Made by a program: the position numbers and the translations under genes. A stretch of DNA of 59,504 nt from a virus (Duplodnaviria; Caudoviricetes), in IMG/VR virus record IMGVR_UViG_3300047157_000188, positions 1 to 59,504 of that record. The stretch is one strand, 5' to 3'. Below are positions 35,541-46,939 of this stretch, in pieces. How positions within the stretch are numbered: the stretch's first letter is position 1; every line of letters starts with the position of its first letter. Below the pieces are notes generated by a model. It worked only from the letters and a program-made list of their open reading frames with translations, did no database searches and was not told the DNA's origin.

Positions 35541-37184
35541 ATGCAAATATTTGATAGTGAAAAAAGTGATGGTCTGGAAGAAATTTTAAAATCTTCTGCA
35601 TCATTATCTTATGCCTCTTTGGTAGAACCTTGTCAGTCTACTTTGAAGCCAGATACTAAACATATTAAAAGTATCGCTGCTGTGGATGATAAGGATTTAT
35701 ATTATGTTCAATCTATTTTGGTCACATCTTCATGGAATAAAAATGATGATGTTTTTAATAAGGCTGAAATTTGGAAAGCTAGAAGCTCTCCAGAAGATAA
35801 GCCTACGAATTTAGAACACGACGAAAATGTTATTATTGGACATATTACTTCTAATTGGCCAATTACTGTAGACGGTATATTAATTGATACAGAAACTCCT
35901 ATTGATAATCTTCCAGATAAATATCATATTTTAACTGGTTCTGTTATTTATAGAGGATATAGCTCTCCAGAATTACGTGCAAGATCCCAGAAATTAATTG
36001 ATGAAATTGAAAATGGGTCAAAGTATGTGAGTATGGAATGCTTTTTTAAAGGATTTGACTATGGCTTATTTAGAGAAGATAATAATGAATTTAAAGTTTT
36101 AGCTAGAAATGCTGACACATCATATTTAACTAAGTTTTTAAGAGCATATGGTGGTGATGGCAGACATGGAGAATATAAAATTGGTCGAGTTTTAAAGGAT
36201 ATTACTTTTAGTGGTAAAGGTTTTGTAGATAAACCCGCTAACATTGAAAGTATAATTTTTCAAAAAGAGATTTTTTCAGAGCAAGAAAAAAATGACGAAA
36301 TTTCAAATTCAGGTGTATTTATTTCACAGTTAGAATCTAATTCGGAGAATAAAACTATGAGTTCAGAAAAAACAAGTGTTAACGAAGAAGCTGTTGTCGA
36401 AACTGACTGCTCTCAAGCAGCAGAAAAGGCTATTACTTTAGCTACGGATCTAACTGCTAAAGTTGCAGAACTTGAACAAACCAATGAAAAACTTTTAACA
36501 GAAGCGAGTGAAAATATGAAAGAGCAAGAAAAAACTGTAAGCGATTTACAAATTAGCATCGACGAACTCAAGTCACAATTAGATGCTGCTAAGGCAGAAA
36601 TCGAAGCTAGCAAAACACAGCTTGAAACTTCTACTTCAGATCTAGAAGCTGTTAAAGCTGAATTAGAAACTTCTAAGTCAGAATCCGAAGAAATTAAAAG
36701 ATCTTTAGAAACAGCTGACGAAACCATTGCTGGTTATAAGAAGAAGGAAGAAGCAGACATGCTAGAAAAGAAAATGATGAAGAGAAAAGCTTCTCTAGCT
36801 GAATGCGGTTTTGAAGAAGAAGAAATTGAAGAATCTTTGGCCGCTTACGACGCTCTTGACGATGAAGCATTTGATAAAATTATATCAACAATGACCAATC
36901 GTATGGTTAAGAATAAAAAGAAGATGGAAGAAGATAAAGATGCTGAAGCAGCAATGCCACCAGCTCTTAAAGAGGCTCTAGAGAAGAAAAAGAAGAAAGA
37001 GTCAGAAGCTGCTGCAGACGAAGCAGAAGCTGAAGAAGCAGAAGCAGCTGATGAATCTGTTTTAGACGAAGTTGAAGTTGAAGAAGAAGTAAATTTAAGT
37101 GTTGGAAGTGACAATGAGTCTGAAGAAGATTCAACTCAGGCCGCTTTAGTAGAATTCGTTCGTAGTAGACTAACTCACAAGTAA
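35541..37184 (+). CDS. Prohead protease fused to acidic coiled-coil scaffold
   Basis: NKNDDVF, KPTNLEHD..IIGHI, YVSMEC, ITFSGKGFVDKPAN; Glu-rich coiled-coil C-terminal half; lies between portal and capsid. Confidence 0.8.
   Translation: MQIFDSEKSDGLEEILKSSASLSYASLVEPCQSTLKPDTKHIKSIAAVDDKDLYYVQSILVTSSWNKNDDVFNKAEIWKARSSPEDKPTNLEHDENVIIGHITSNWPITVDGILIDTETPIDNLPDKYHILTGSVIYRGYSSPELRARSQKLIDEIENGSKYVSMECFFKGFDYGLFREDNNEFKVLARNADTSYLTKFLRAYGGDGRHGEYKIGRVLKDITFSGKGFVDKPANIESIIFQKEIFSEQEKNDEISNSGVFISQLESNSENKTMSSEKTSVNEEAVVETDCSQAAEKAITLATDLTAKVAELEQTNEKLLTEASENMKEQEKTVSDLQISIDELKSQLDAAKAEIEASKTQLETSTSDLEAVKAELETSKSESEEIKRSLETADETIAGYKKKEEADMLEKKMMKRKASLAECGFEEEEIEESLAAYDALDDEAFDKIISTMTNRMVKNKKKMEEDKDAEAAMPPALKEALEKKKKKESEAAADEAEAEEAEAADESVLDEVEVEEEVNLSVGSDNESEEDSTQAALVEFVRSRLTHK
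36357..37184 (+). CDS. Nested in-frame scaffold protein (internal start MSSEKT)
   Basis: GGAG RBS at 36344-47 and GGTGTAT motif at 36312-18 precede in-frame ATG 36357. Confidence 0.55.
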   Translation: MSSEKTSVNEEAVVETDCSQAAEKAITLATDLTAKVAELEQTNEKLLTEASENMKEQEKTVSDLQISIDELKSQLDAAKAEIEASKTQLETSTSDLEAVKAELETSKSESEEIKRSLETADETIAGYKKKEEADMLEKKMMKRKASLAECGFEEEEIEESLAAYDALDDEAFDKIISTMTNRMVKNKKKMEEDKDAEAAMPPALKEALEKKKKKESEAAADEAEAEEAEAADESVLDEVEVEEEVNLSVGSDNESEEDSTQAALVEFVRSRLTHK

Positions 37185-37211
37185 TTTAAATTTTTAAAGG
37201 GAGAAATTAAT

Positions 37212-37703
37212 ATGGCTCTAAAACCTGATCGTATCGAAACGCAAACTGATGTCTCATTCTTCATGAGCACTACCGCAGAAAGAGGCGGTGTTGTTTCTGT
37301 GACTGGCTCTATCGGTGGCTCTGGAGTATCTATGGACGACGGCTCTGCTGTCGTAGCTTACAATACTGCTGCTAGTGGAGCAAGACCAGTGGGCGTATTA
37401 CTAAACGATGTTGTTAATCTAGATTTAACAAGACAACACATCAATTTTATGAAAGATGAAGTGCAAGTCGGTGGCAAAGTTACTTTGCTACAAGTTGGTC
37501 AAGTTACTACCGACAAAGTTACCGGAACCCCTAAGGCTGGTGACGTTGCTTATCTAGGAGCAAATGGTGTTTTCAGTGCAACTATCGTCGATGACGATGC
37601 TGCTGAAGCTGATAACTCTGTTGCTGCTAAGTATGCAGTTGGTAGATTTTTGAGTGCAAAAGATGAAGATGATTATGTCAAAGTAGCAGTTAACATTGCC
37701 TAA
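37212..37703 (+). CDS. Capsid decoration/cement protein
   Basis: Small beta-rich protein directly upstream of the MCP; GGGAG RBS. Confidence 0.7.
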   Translation: MALKPDRIETQTDVSFFMSTTAERGGVVSVTGSIGGSGVSMDDGSAVVAYNTAASGARPVGVLLNDVVNLDLTRQHINFMKDEVQVGGKVTLLQVGQVTTDKVTGTPKAGDVAYLGANGVFSATIVDDDAAEADNSVAAKYAVGRFLSAKDEDDYVKVAVNIA

Positions 37704-37727
37704 ATAACACAAAGGGAGAAAATTAAT

Positions 37728-38735
37728 ATGTCAGAATCCAAAGTTTTTCAACCGACTCCAGAATTAACCGACCTATTGGTTCGTTCTGGGTCCGCTCAGA
37801 GAGAAGTAGCTACTGCTGCTAATGCAGAGTTTGCAAAAGCACTTGAGCTACCACTTCGTCAAGGTTTGTTAAGCGGAGATATTTTGGATGGTATCTTTGA
37901 GCCAGTTAGACTTGCTCCGGGTGCTACTCCAGAATTTCCTCTTGACTTTTTAGCTCCAGGCACCGAAAAAGATTTCGTTGCTTACACTATTCCTAATCAC
38001 GGATATATTCCAGAACGTCACGTTGAAAGTGATTACGTCATGGTTCCAACCTACGACGTAGGCGCTAGCATTGACTATCTCTTGAAGTATGCTCGTGATG
38101 CTCGTTGGGATGTTGTAGGTCGTGCTATGGAAGTTCTCGAATCCTCATTTGTTAAGAAGATGAATGATGATGGCTGGCACACTATGCTTGCTGCTGGTGT
38201 TGACCGCAACGTTGTGGTTTACGACAGCGATGCTAATGCTAGTCAGTTCACTAAACGTCTTGTTAGTCTTTTGAAGACTGTCATGAGACGTAATGGTGGC
38301 GGTAATTCTGCTAGTAACAATCGTGGTTTACTAACAGATCTCTATGTTTCTCCCGAGGCTATGGAAGATATCCGCAACTGGGGTGTTGATCAGGTCGACG
38401 AAGTCACTCGTCGTGAAATTTACACCGCTGCTGATGGTGCTATCAACCGTGTGTTTGGGGTTAATTTAAATGACCTAGATGAGCTTGGTGTTGGACAAGA
38501 ATATCAATTATTCTACAGCAACACTTTAGGCGCCAGTATGCCAAGTGGTGACACTGAAATCGTAGTTGGTCTTGACCTTCGTAAGCGTGACAGCTTTATT
38601 ATGCCTGTTCGCCAAGAAGTACAGATCTTCGAAGATGAAAGCTTGCATCGCCAGAAGAGAGCTGGTTTCTATGGTTGGGCCGAGCAAGGCTTTGCTGTTC
38701 TTGATAACCGCAGAGTAATTATTGGTTCTCTATAA
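37728..38735 (+). CDS. Major capsid protein (HK97 fold)
   Basis: 335 aa in the canonical position with high-expression codon bias, followed by a strong terminator; C-terminal GFYGWAEQGFAVLDNRRV. Confidence 0.88.
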   Translation: MSESKVFQPTPELTDLLVRSGSAQREVATAANAEFAKALELPLRQGLLSGDILDGIFEPVRLAPGATPEFPLDFLAPGTEKDFVAYTIPNHGYIPERHVESDYVMVPTYDVGASIDYLLKYARDARWDVVGRAMEVLESSFVKKMNDDGWHTMLAAGVDRNVVVYDSDANASQFTKRLVSLLKTVMRRNGGGNSASNNRGLLTDLYVSPEAMEDIRNWGVDQVDEVTRREIYTAADGAINRVFGVNLNDLDELGVGQEYQLFYSNTLGASMPSGDTEIVVGLDLRKRDSFIMPVRQEVQIFEDESLHRQKRAGFYGWAEQGFAVLDNRRVIIGSL

Positions 38736-38763
38736 TTAGCTCCAAATGAGTGCTGTTAATTTA

Positions 38764-38793
38764 AGGGCTGGCCTAACGGCCAGCCTTTTTTTT
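38764..38793 (+). terminator. Intrinsic terminator after the MCP
   Basis: AGGGCTGGCC-TAAC-GGCCAGCCTT plus T run; GGTGTAT motif follows immediately at 38795. Confidence 0.9.
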
Positions 38794-38833
38794 AGGTGTA
38801 TTTAAATAATAGAAAGCAACACGGAATTATACT

Positions 38834-39238
38834 ATGGCAGCATCAAAACACGACTTTACTATTGAGCAAGGTTCTTCTTTTAAATTTGCTATTACTTACA
38901 AAGATAGTAATGGTGACCCCATAAATATTACAGATTGGTGTGCTAGATTAACATGGAAAACAAATAAAAATATTGTACAAATATTTAATTCTGGTAATAT
39001 AGACACTAGTATTTATAAATTCACTATAGATGGAGCAAATGGAAAATTAGAATTATTGTTCCCTTCTGCTACTACTAATAATTTTGATTTTAGTACAGCT
39101 AAATATGATTTAGAATTACAGTCTAATAATGACCATTATACCGGCGGTGGTAAATATACTATCAGATTGCTATTCGGAACAATTAGTATTCAAGAAAGAT
39201 TCAGTAAATCAGATACAGCATTGGGATGTAATACATGA
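38834..39238 (+). CDS. Virion structural protein (BppU N-terminal-like)
   Basis: DFTIEQGSSF...KDSNGDPINIT...AKYDLEL...RLLFGTI pattern. Confidence 0.7.
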   Translation: MAASKHDFTIEQGSSFKFAITYKDSNGDPINITDWCARLTWKTNKNIVQIFNSGNIDTSIYKFTIDGANGKLELLFPSATTNNFDFSTAKYDLELQSNNDHYTGGGKYTIRLLFGTISIQERFSKSDTALGCNT

Positions 39239-39465
39239 GTAATATTATAGACATTACGGCTACAAGCAACATTATAGAAGTTGAAACTGTCACATCAAGT
39301 TGCACTAACTCGGTGGAAATTACTAGTTCAACTACAGATACAGTAGAAGTTAAAACAGGTTCTTCTACTTCAGATACTTTAGTTTATGCTGGTGATGTTA
39401 TAGGTCTTGGTACATTTATAGGTAATTACATAGATAGTTATACAATCGACTGTGGAACTCCATAA
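39235..39465 (+). CDS. Small virion protein
   Basis: Repeated xxEV/I strands; C-terminal IDCGTP. Confidence 0.6.
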   Translation: MSNIIDITATSNIIEVETVTSSCTNSVEITSSTTDTVEVKTGSSTSDTLVYAGDVIGLGTFIGNYIDSYTIDCGTP

Positions 39466-39480
39466 TAAAAGAGGTTAATA

Positions 39481-40641
39481 ATGGCAGTACAAACTTTAAT
39501 ACAGGTTAGAAGAGGTACAGCAACTGAGTGGACAGCTGTAAATAGTCCTAACGGACCTACCTTATCTGCTGGTGAAATTGGATTTGATACTACAAATAAA
39601 AGAATTAAAATTGGAGATGGAACTACAGCTTGGGCTAGTCTAGATTATATAGGATCTAGCGAAGAACAAATAGAAGATGTGGTTGGAACACTTATATCTG
39701 GAGCTAGCGGAATTAGTGTAGACTATCAAGATAGTAACGGCTTATTTTATATTAATGTTAGTGGTATAGCTAGTTCTCAAATCAATGATTTTAATAGTGC
39801 TGTAGACGCTCGTGTTACAGCTGCTTCTGTTAGTGCAGAAGAAGTTATGGATATTGTAGGTGGAGCAAATGGATTATTTGGCGGTAGCGGTATAAATATA
39901 GATTATCAAGATGGTAATGATAAGTTACATATTAGTGTTACAGGTATAGGACTATCAGAAGTTACTGATGTTACAGCTAGTGCTGCTGAAGTTAATGTTT
40001 TGGATGGGGTTAGTGCAGGTACTGTTTCTGCTAGTAAAGGGTTGGTTGCAGATAGTAATAAGGACATAACTGGACTAAGAAACTTATCTATAGAAGGTAA
40101 TTTAACTATTAATGGTACGACTACTACTGTTAATTCTACTACGACTACTATTGAAGATCCTATCATTGTTTTAGGTAGTGGTAGCCCTGGTAGTGATGAT
40201 AATAAAGATAGAGGAATATCTTTTAATTATTATGATGGATCAGCAAAGGTCGGATTTTTTGGATATGACGATAGTTTAGGCAAGATGATTTTTGTTCCAG
40301 ACGCTAGTATTAGCAGTGAAGTAGTAGCTGGTTCTTCGGGAACTATAGTTGCTAACTTACAAGGTAATGCTGATACTGTAACTAATGGAGTTTATACTAC
40401 AGATACTGGTAGTGTTACTAGCCTTATGATTGCTAATGACACTATTGTAAATACAGATATAAAAACTAATGCAGCGATTGATGTAACGAAATTAGCTGCC
40501 AGTGGATTTACTATTGGTACTACTGTTATTAATCTTAGTGACACATCTACTGTATTAGATGGATTAACCAGGATTAGTGGAGCTAGTGCAGGAAGTCCAA
40601 CTTACATACATAATGCTGTGCTTGATGGTGGTTCTCCATAG
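39481..40641 (+). CDS. Tail fibre protein with Mtd_N-like N-terminus
   Basis: IQVRRGTATEW...LSAGEIGFDTTNKRIKIGDGTTAWASL; GNLTINGTTTTVNSTT..IEDP. Confidence 0.8.
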   Translation: MAVQTLIQVRRGTATEWTAVNSPNGPTLSAGEIGFDTTNKRIKIGDGTTAWASLDYIGSSEEQIEDVVGTLISGASGISVDYQDSNGLFYINVSGIASSQINDFNSAVDARVTAASVSAEEVMDIVGGANGLFGGSGINIDYQDGNDKLHISVTGIGLSEVTDVTASAAEVNVLDGVSAGTVSASKGLVADSNKDITGLRNLSIEGNLTINGTTTTVNSTTTTIEDPIIVLGSGSPGSDDNKDRGISFNYYDGSAKVGFFGYDDSLGKMIFVPDASISSEVVAGSSGTIVANLQGNADTVTNGVYTTDTGSVTSLMIANDTIVNTDIKTNAAIDVTKLAASGFTIGTTVINLSDTSTVLDGLTRISGASAGSPTYIHNAVLDGGSP

Positions 40642-40667
40642 TTTTAAATTCATAAGGACTAAATTTA

Positions 40668-43600
40668 ATGGCTGTAAATAATTTAATTAAGTTAAGAAGA
40701 GGTAGTGACTGGAGCAGTAATCCTACTTTAGCAGAAGGTGAACCGGGTTTTGATACTTCTACTAATACCTTAAAGATAGGAGATGGTTCAACAGCATGGA
40801 ACCTTTTGCAGCCTGTCAATAGTGGTTTAGTGCATCCTATCATAGCTGCTGCAAGTTCTTCTGATAATAGTAGTAATACATTTATTCAAGATTTGTTATT
40901 AGACGATAATGGTCACGTTACAGGTATTGCTGTTGGTACCGCTAGTGAAGGAGGTGGCGGAGGAATATCTAATGTCGTAGAAGATACAACCCCACAGCTC
41001 GGTGGTAATTTAGATCTTAATTCTAAAAATCTTACAGGTACTGGTCATATAGACATAGCTGGTTCTGGACATTTTTCTTCTAATATTACTGCTAATAGTT
41101 TTATTAAAGACGGCGGAACATCTAGTCAGTTTTTAAAGGCTGATGGGAGTGTTGATACTAGCACATATTCTACTACAGACACACAGCTTACCGAAGAACA
41201 GGTAGAAGACTTTGTTGGTGCTATGCTTACAGGAAATACAGAGACAGGGATTGCTGTTACGTATCAAGATGATGATGGAACTATAGACTTTGTAGTAGCT
41301 AGTCAAACAGATGAAAACTTTACCACTGCAGACCATAGTAAATTAGACGGTATAGAAGCTTCTGCTGATGTAACTGATGCGACTAATGTTGATGCAGCTG
41401 GTGCTGTAATGAATAGCTAGATGGTATTGAAGCATCTGCTGACGTTACTGACACAGCTAATGTTACCAGTGCCGGTGCTTTAATGGATAGCGAATTGACA
41501 GATCTAGCAGGCGTTAAAGGTGTTACAATTTCTACATTGCAAGTTAAACCTTCAGAGGGTGCTTTTGCCGATGGAGACAAGACAAAGCTAGATGCAATTG
41601 AGGCTTCTGCAGACGTAACAGATACAGCTAATGTAACCTCAGCCGGTGCGTTAATGGATAGCGAATTAGCAAGTATTACTGATGTTAAAGCACTAGACCA
41701 ATCAGTAATAGCTGGAGCTTCGCCTAATCTCGTCACTACAAATATGACAGATGCATCTAATAAAAGATTTATGACAGATGCTCAGGAAACTAAATTAGAT
41801 TCAGTAGAGAGTAGCGCGGATGTGACTGATACTGCAAACGTTACTAGCGCCGGTGCATTGATGGATAGTGAATTAACTGACCTTGCAGGTGTTAAAGGCG
41901 TTACTATTTCTACCTTACAAGTCAAGCCATCAGAAGGTGCCTTTGCCAACGGAGATAAAACTAAGTTAGACGCTATTGAGGCTTCAGCAGATGTAACTGA
42001 TGCAACTAATGTTAATGCTGCTGGTGCTGTAATGAACAGCGATAGCACTACCGCTGGAATGAGTTTTGTTGTAGATGAAGATAATATGTCCTCTGATTCA
42101 GATACTAAGGTTCCTACTCAACAATCAGTAAAGGCTTACGTAGATGCAACCATCGTTCCTGCACTAACAACTGAACAAGTTCAAGATATAGTAGGAGGAA
42201 TGGTTGATGACACAGAAACAGGCATTTCTGTTACTTATGATGATACTAATGGTAATTTAGAGTTTGTAGTAGATCATGATGCAGCCAATAATTTTGTAGC
42301 CAATGAACATATAGATCATACAAGTGTTACTTTAACTGCTGGTGATGGCCTTACTGGTGGTGGGGATATTAGTGCCAATAGAACATTTGCTGTTAGCGTT
42401 GATGATAGTACTATAGAAATTAATAGTGATGCTTTAAGAATTAAAGATGCAGCTATTACTCCTGCTAAAATAGGAGTTGGTACATTTGTCTTCAATGAAG
42501 CTGGAGCAAATTACGACTTTAGAGTAGAAGGTGATACTGATGCAAATCTACTATTCTTAGACGCAAGCAAAGACTCTATTCTAATTGGAGCCACTACAGA
42601 TGGAGGCGTTAATTCTAAACTACATGTTTATGAGGGTAGCCAATACAAATACTACATACTCTAGAACTATCAATGTTCTTGGAAGAGGTTATTCTAGTAC
42701 TGATGGAAACATATTATCATGTAGGTAACAGAGCATTAGGGCAGAGAAATATTTAAGCGCAATCAACTACTGATGGCGGATATGCCATAGGAGTTAATGC
42801 TGCTCCTGTTATTTATTCTCCAGATGGAACCCAATGTTTTAGAGCTGAGGTAACAGCTTTTCGATGCAACCCGTCTATTAACAGTGCTGCTTCTAATGTT
42901 ACTGTTACAAACGCATACGATATTAAGACTGTTCCTCACTTTGCAGGAACAAACAACACGGTTAACAAATCACTATGGGTTATATTTAGGTGATGCTGGT
43001 GCTGGTGGAACAACTCCGACAAATGAATATGGTGTTTATCAAGTCAATACGGCTGCTACAAATTATTTTGGTGGAACATTAGATGTTAGAGGAGCGGCTG
43101 TATTTAAATGAAGGTGGAGCAGCTGTTGATTTTAGAGTTGAAGGTGACACAGATATTGACTTGTTGTTTGTGGATGGCAGTGAAGACACTGTGCAAATTG
43201 GCAAACTAAATATCAATGGTGCATTCACTTTCCCTAGCAGCAGATGGTCTGCAAATCAGATCTTAAAAACTGATGGTAATGGTGCTGTCTCCTGGGCTGC
43301 TGATGGTGGAGGTGGAGGTGGTGGAAGCATGACAACCGTTAAAGCCAACGGTAGTCAAGTTGGTGGTGCAGACATTGTTTACTTTAGATTTGCTACTGAC
43401 TTTACTATTGGAGAAACTCCAGATACAGAAATTAATATATCTATCGCTGATGGGTGCTATTACTTCTGCTAAGATGACTACATCTACGCTAGTATTGAAT
43501 GAGGCTGGAGCAGCTGTAGACTTTAGGGTTGAAGGTGACACTGATACTCATTTACTGTTTGTAGACGGCAGTGCGGATAAAGTAGGTATTGGTACAGATT

Positions 43601-44219
43601 CTCCATCATATACTTTGCATGTAGACGGTAATATAGGATTAACAAATGAGGGTTTTTATGCTGCTTCTACTGGCGTAATATTAGGTGTTGATGGTTGGAT
43701 ATATAATGATGGGTGGCATATCTATGTCTCATGGTAGATTTGCAGCCGATGGAGATGCTCAAAATACCACTTATATTTTAAGAGGAGCTACTACTAATGC
43801 TTCTTTTACCACAATACAAAATAATGGAGCTAATGTTGTATTAGCCTCAAATAGAACTATGATGTTTACTGCTAATATAGTAGGTAGAAGAACAGATCAA
43901 GTTAATGCTTCTAATTCAGATAACGCAGCATACGTAATTAAAAGAGCTGCTTACACAATGATGGTTATGGAGCAGCATTGGTGGGTAGTGTTTCTAAAAC
44001 TGTTATAGCAGAGACGGATAGCAGCTGGGATGTTCAAGCTACTGTAACAGGGGCTGGGGCTGGCGGAGCAGATCAAATTAATATACAATGCAAAGGTGCA
44101 AATTCTAAAAATGTTAATTGGGTTTGCTAAATTAGAAATTGTTAGAAGTCGGTGGTAGCGTACCTAACTATACTGAATCTAATATATTGAATACTTTTCA
44201 GAACGAGATAATACCATAA
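40668..44219 (+). CDS. Long tail fibre protein with internal repeats (split by several indels)
   Basis: Mtd_N-like N-terminus, VVEDTTPQLGGNLD, five KLDxIEASADVTD repeats, three NEAGAxxDFRVEGDTD repeats; spans ORFs 40668, 41483, 42884, 43083, 43360 and 43685. Confidence 0.75.
41341..42040 (+). repeat. Intragenic tandem repeats in the tail fibre
   Basis: Five units of (K)LDxIEASADVTDxxNVxxAGAxMxS; the 41419 and 41790 units share a near-identical extension with synonymous differences. Confidence 0.85.
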
Positions 44220-44230
44220 AGGAGAAAAGC

Positions 44231-44524
44231 ATGTCTTTACCAATTTTATCAGCAGCATCACCAACCACCGTACCTGAAAAAGTATACGATAGAGTATGGG
44301 TAGAAGAAATTGTTATTAAGGGTCCAGATCCTAATGGTGAGGTATCTGGAGAAGTCAAATTACATAAATATGGCATGTTTGATGGACTTGCAGAGTTAGA
44401 ACCAGATGGTGGTCAATGGATTAGAATAGAAAACATGTTAGCAGAATCAGATACAGATGCTGACTTAGCAGTAGCCATGGGTTTCTTTAATAGCATATGT
44501 CAACAAATTAGGCCAGCATCATGA
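44231..44524 (+). CDS. Hypothetical tail-associated protein
   Basis: AAGGAG RBS; follows the fibre gene. Confidence 0.65.
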   Translation: MSLPILSAASPTTVPEKVYDRVWVEEIVIKGPDPNGEVSGEVKLHKYGMFDGLAELEPDGGQWIRIENMLAESDTDADLAVAMGFFNSICQQIRPAS

Positions 44525-44609
44525 TATTATATCGTCTTAATTAGGAGGCGGTGTATACAACAAATAGATTCATTTGCGAATATTACTTTTTTAAATAGGC
44601 TAAAATATT

Positions 44610-45140
44610 ATGTCATGGAATGTAGAAATACCTTTGATTGTTAGATCCTGGATAAATGATTTGTCAGATAAATCCTACTTATTTCTGACGATAGAATCCA
44701 GCAGTTGATAGTAGTAGCAGCACAATACGTTACTACAGAAATTAACTTAAATAATACATATACTGTTGATGTTATAAATCCTTCGATCACCCCCGACCCT
44801 AGTACTTTATCTACTAAAGACCATAGACTTTCATAGGTTTTGTTGCGCTTAAATCAGCCTGTATGTTAGATCAAAGTACTTTACGTACTAGAGCAGCTAT
44901 GGAAGGTATTAAAGCAGCACTCGGTCCAGCACAATTGTCTGTAGGAGGTAATTTAAGAGGATATGAAGTAATATTGAAAGAAGGTCCTTGCGCTCTTTAT
45001 GATAAATTAAGAATGGAATATGAGGTAGGTAATGCCAACGGTATTAAAAGCTATTCTTAGTCCTTTTGTTGGTAATAAATTTGATCCAACTTTTTTTACG
45101 AGATCCTGCCAATCATCACGATAGAGACTTTTACACATAG
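44610..45140 (+). CDS. Putative head-tail adaptor (frameshifted)
   Basis: MSWNVEIPLIVRSWINDLSD...SDDRIQQLIVVAAQYV; includes ORF 44863..45060; GGTGTATA at 44550. Confidence 0.5.
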
Positions 45141-45149
45141 GAATAAATA

Positions 45150-46162
45150 ATGCCCGCAGCTAATTTAAATTTTACTATAGAACAAGGTTCTGATTTTAAT
45201 ATTATTGTGCAATATAACGACAATAATAATAATGGTATAGATTTGTCTTCTAAATGTGTTGTTGTTAGATGGAAAGATGAGGAGTAATAATATAAAAGTT
45301 TTTACTAGTCAATCTAACTCTAGTTTAGATCCTAATAATGGAGGATATGTTTTTATCTGGTAGATAATACAGGTTCTATTAATTTTACAATTAGTTCTGA
45401 AGTTACTAAAAAACTATAGTTTTTTCTACTGCTACTTATGACTTAGACATTTTAGAAAGCTATAGGTTCTGGTGAACAAGAATACTAGATTACTAACTGG
45501 TGATTATAGCATTAGTTTTAAGAAATTTTGATGTTATCACAGATTGTTCAGTAATATCTTCTGACATCAGATTCTCTTAATATAGATGAAGAAACATCAG
45601 AGACCAGTACGGATGTTACACCGACGCCAACACCGACGGAAGTAACTGATTTATGTTTGCCTGAAGATTGTATAGAGCTTGATGTTTATTCTGTTGTTTA
45701 TACGGGTAGCGGTATTAATATTGAAGACAATTCTGAAGTTAGTGGCTATGTAGAAGTTAATGATTCTAGAAATATTACAAATGTAGAACTAGCAATTAAT
45801 AATTTAAAAACATAGTGGTGTTCAAGATTTAGCATTATTACTAGCCCCTCCTTCTGGAGATAAAATCTTACTGTCTGCTCATGATAAGATTACAAATTAC
45901 AATAATAACTTTAGTTTTATGTTTTCTAATAAAGCGTTAGTTAGCCAGACATTAAATAATGTAACACAATGGTGGTATCTGTAATATTACTGATAGAACA
46001 GATAGATATGAATTATAGTAGTGAAAAATTTAAATGCTAGTTTTAATCACTTGTTTGGTCATGCCGTAAATGGTGATTGGTATTTACTATATCAGAGATG
46101 ATGATATTGGAGCTTCAGGCTCTATAGGTTCGTGGAAACTTATTATTACTTATGAGCCATAA
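45150..46162 (+). CDS. BppU-like N-terminus + proprotein-convertase P-domain-like C-terminus (heavily frameshifted)
   Basis: MPAANLNFTIEQGSDF; TPTPTPT linker; VELAINNL-HSGVQDLALLLAPPSG...NGDW..IRDDDIGASGSIGSWKLII. Confidence 0.55.
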
Positions 46163-46405
46163 TTATGTCTGTTATCAATCAACTTTTAGACACTCAAGAA
46201 GAATCTAAATTAACAATATTTTACCCTACTATAGCCAAGATAGATCAGGATGACACTAGGATATAAATATTATTAAAGACCAGATATTACAAACACAAAG
46301 ACTGTTTTCAAGCACCACAGTCAATGACGGCTCAGAAGAAAACATATTTTAGTTCCAATATAAAAATAATAGAAGACGAAACCATAACAACTACAATTAA
46401 AAACA

Positions 46406-46939
46406 ATGAGTAATCCTTTTGACAATATAATTTCTAAAGAATTTAAAAAGTTGTATACAGATGCTATAGATGGTATTTTATCTGACAGCGGACTAACTGT
46501 GCCTTGTAAATTCGAATACAGCGGCCAAGATAATGCTTTCATTTTGTGAAAATTGTATATATGACCCTATTTTCCAAACTATCTACTAATATCTATAACG
46601 GTACTGGCCCAGCACCTTTCACAGAGGGTACGATGTGTCCTGTTTGGTTTAGGTATGGGAGCAGTTAAGACTGACTCTAATGAAATTATTAATATGGCTG
46701 TAATATTTGATAGTAAATATTTCTTGAATTATTCTTCAAACGCCGTTAATATTTCTGATGGAATGGCACAAACTATTTGTGATATTAGCAAATTACCTAA
46801 ATACGTAATGCTAATTCTGTTGTGTTTGATACCGATATTTCTGCATCTGGTAATTATGTATACTATCGAGCAGGAGATCCAACTCCTGTAGGATTAGGTC
46901 AAAATAAATATGTAATTACAATGTGGAAAAAAACAATGA
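46406..46939 (+). CDS. Putative head-closure/neck protein (frameshifted)
   Basis: MSNPFDNIISKEFKKLYTDAIDGIL...LTVPCK...GTGPAPF...YRAGDPTPVGLG. Confidence 0.45.

Noticed and set aside
39481-44219. Diversity-generating retroelement, suggested by Mtd_N-like domains
   Set aside because: No reverse transcriptase and no TR/VR pair with adenine-specific mismatches; the repeats differ at synonymous positions.
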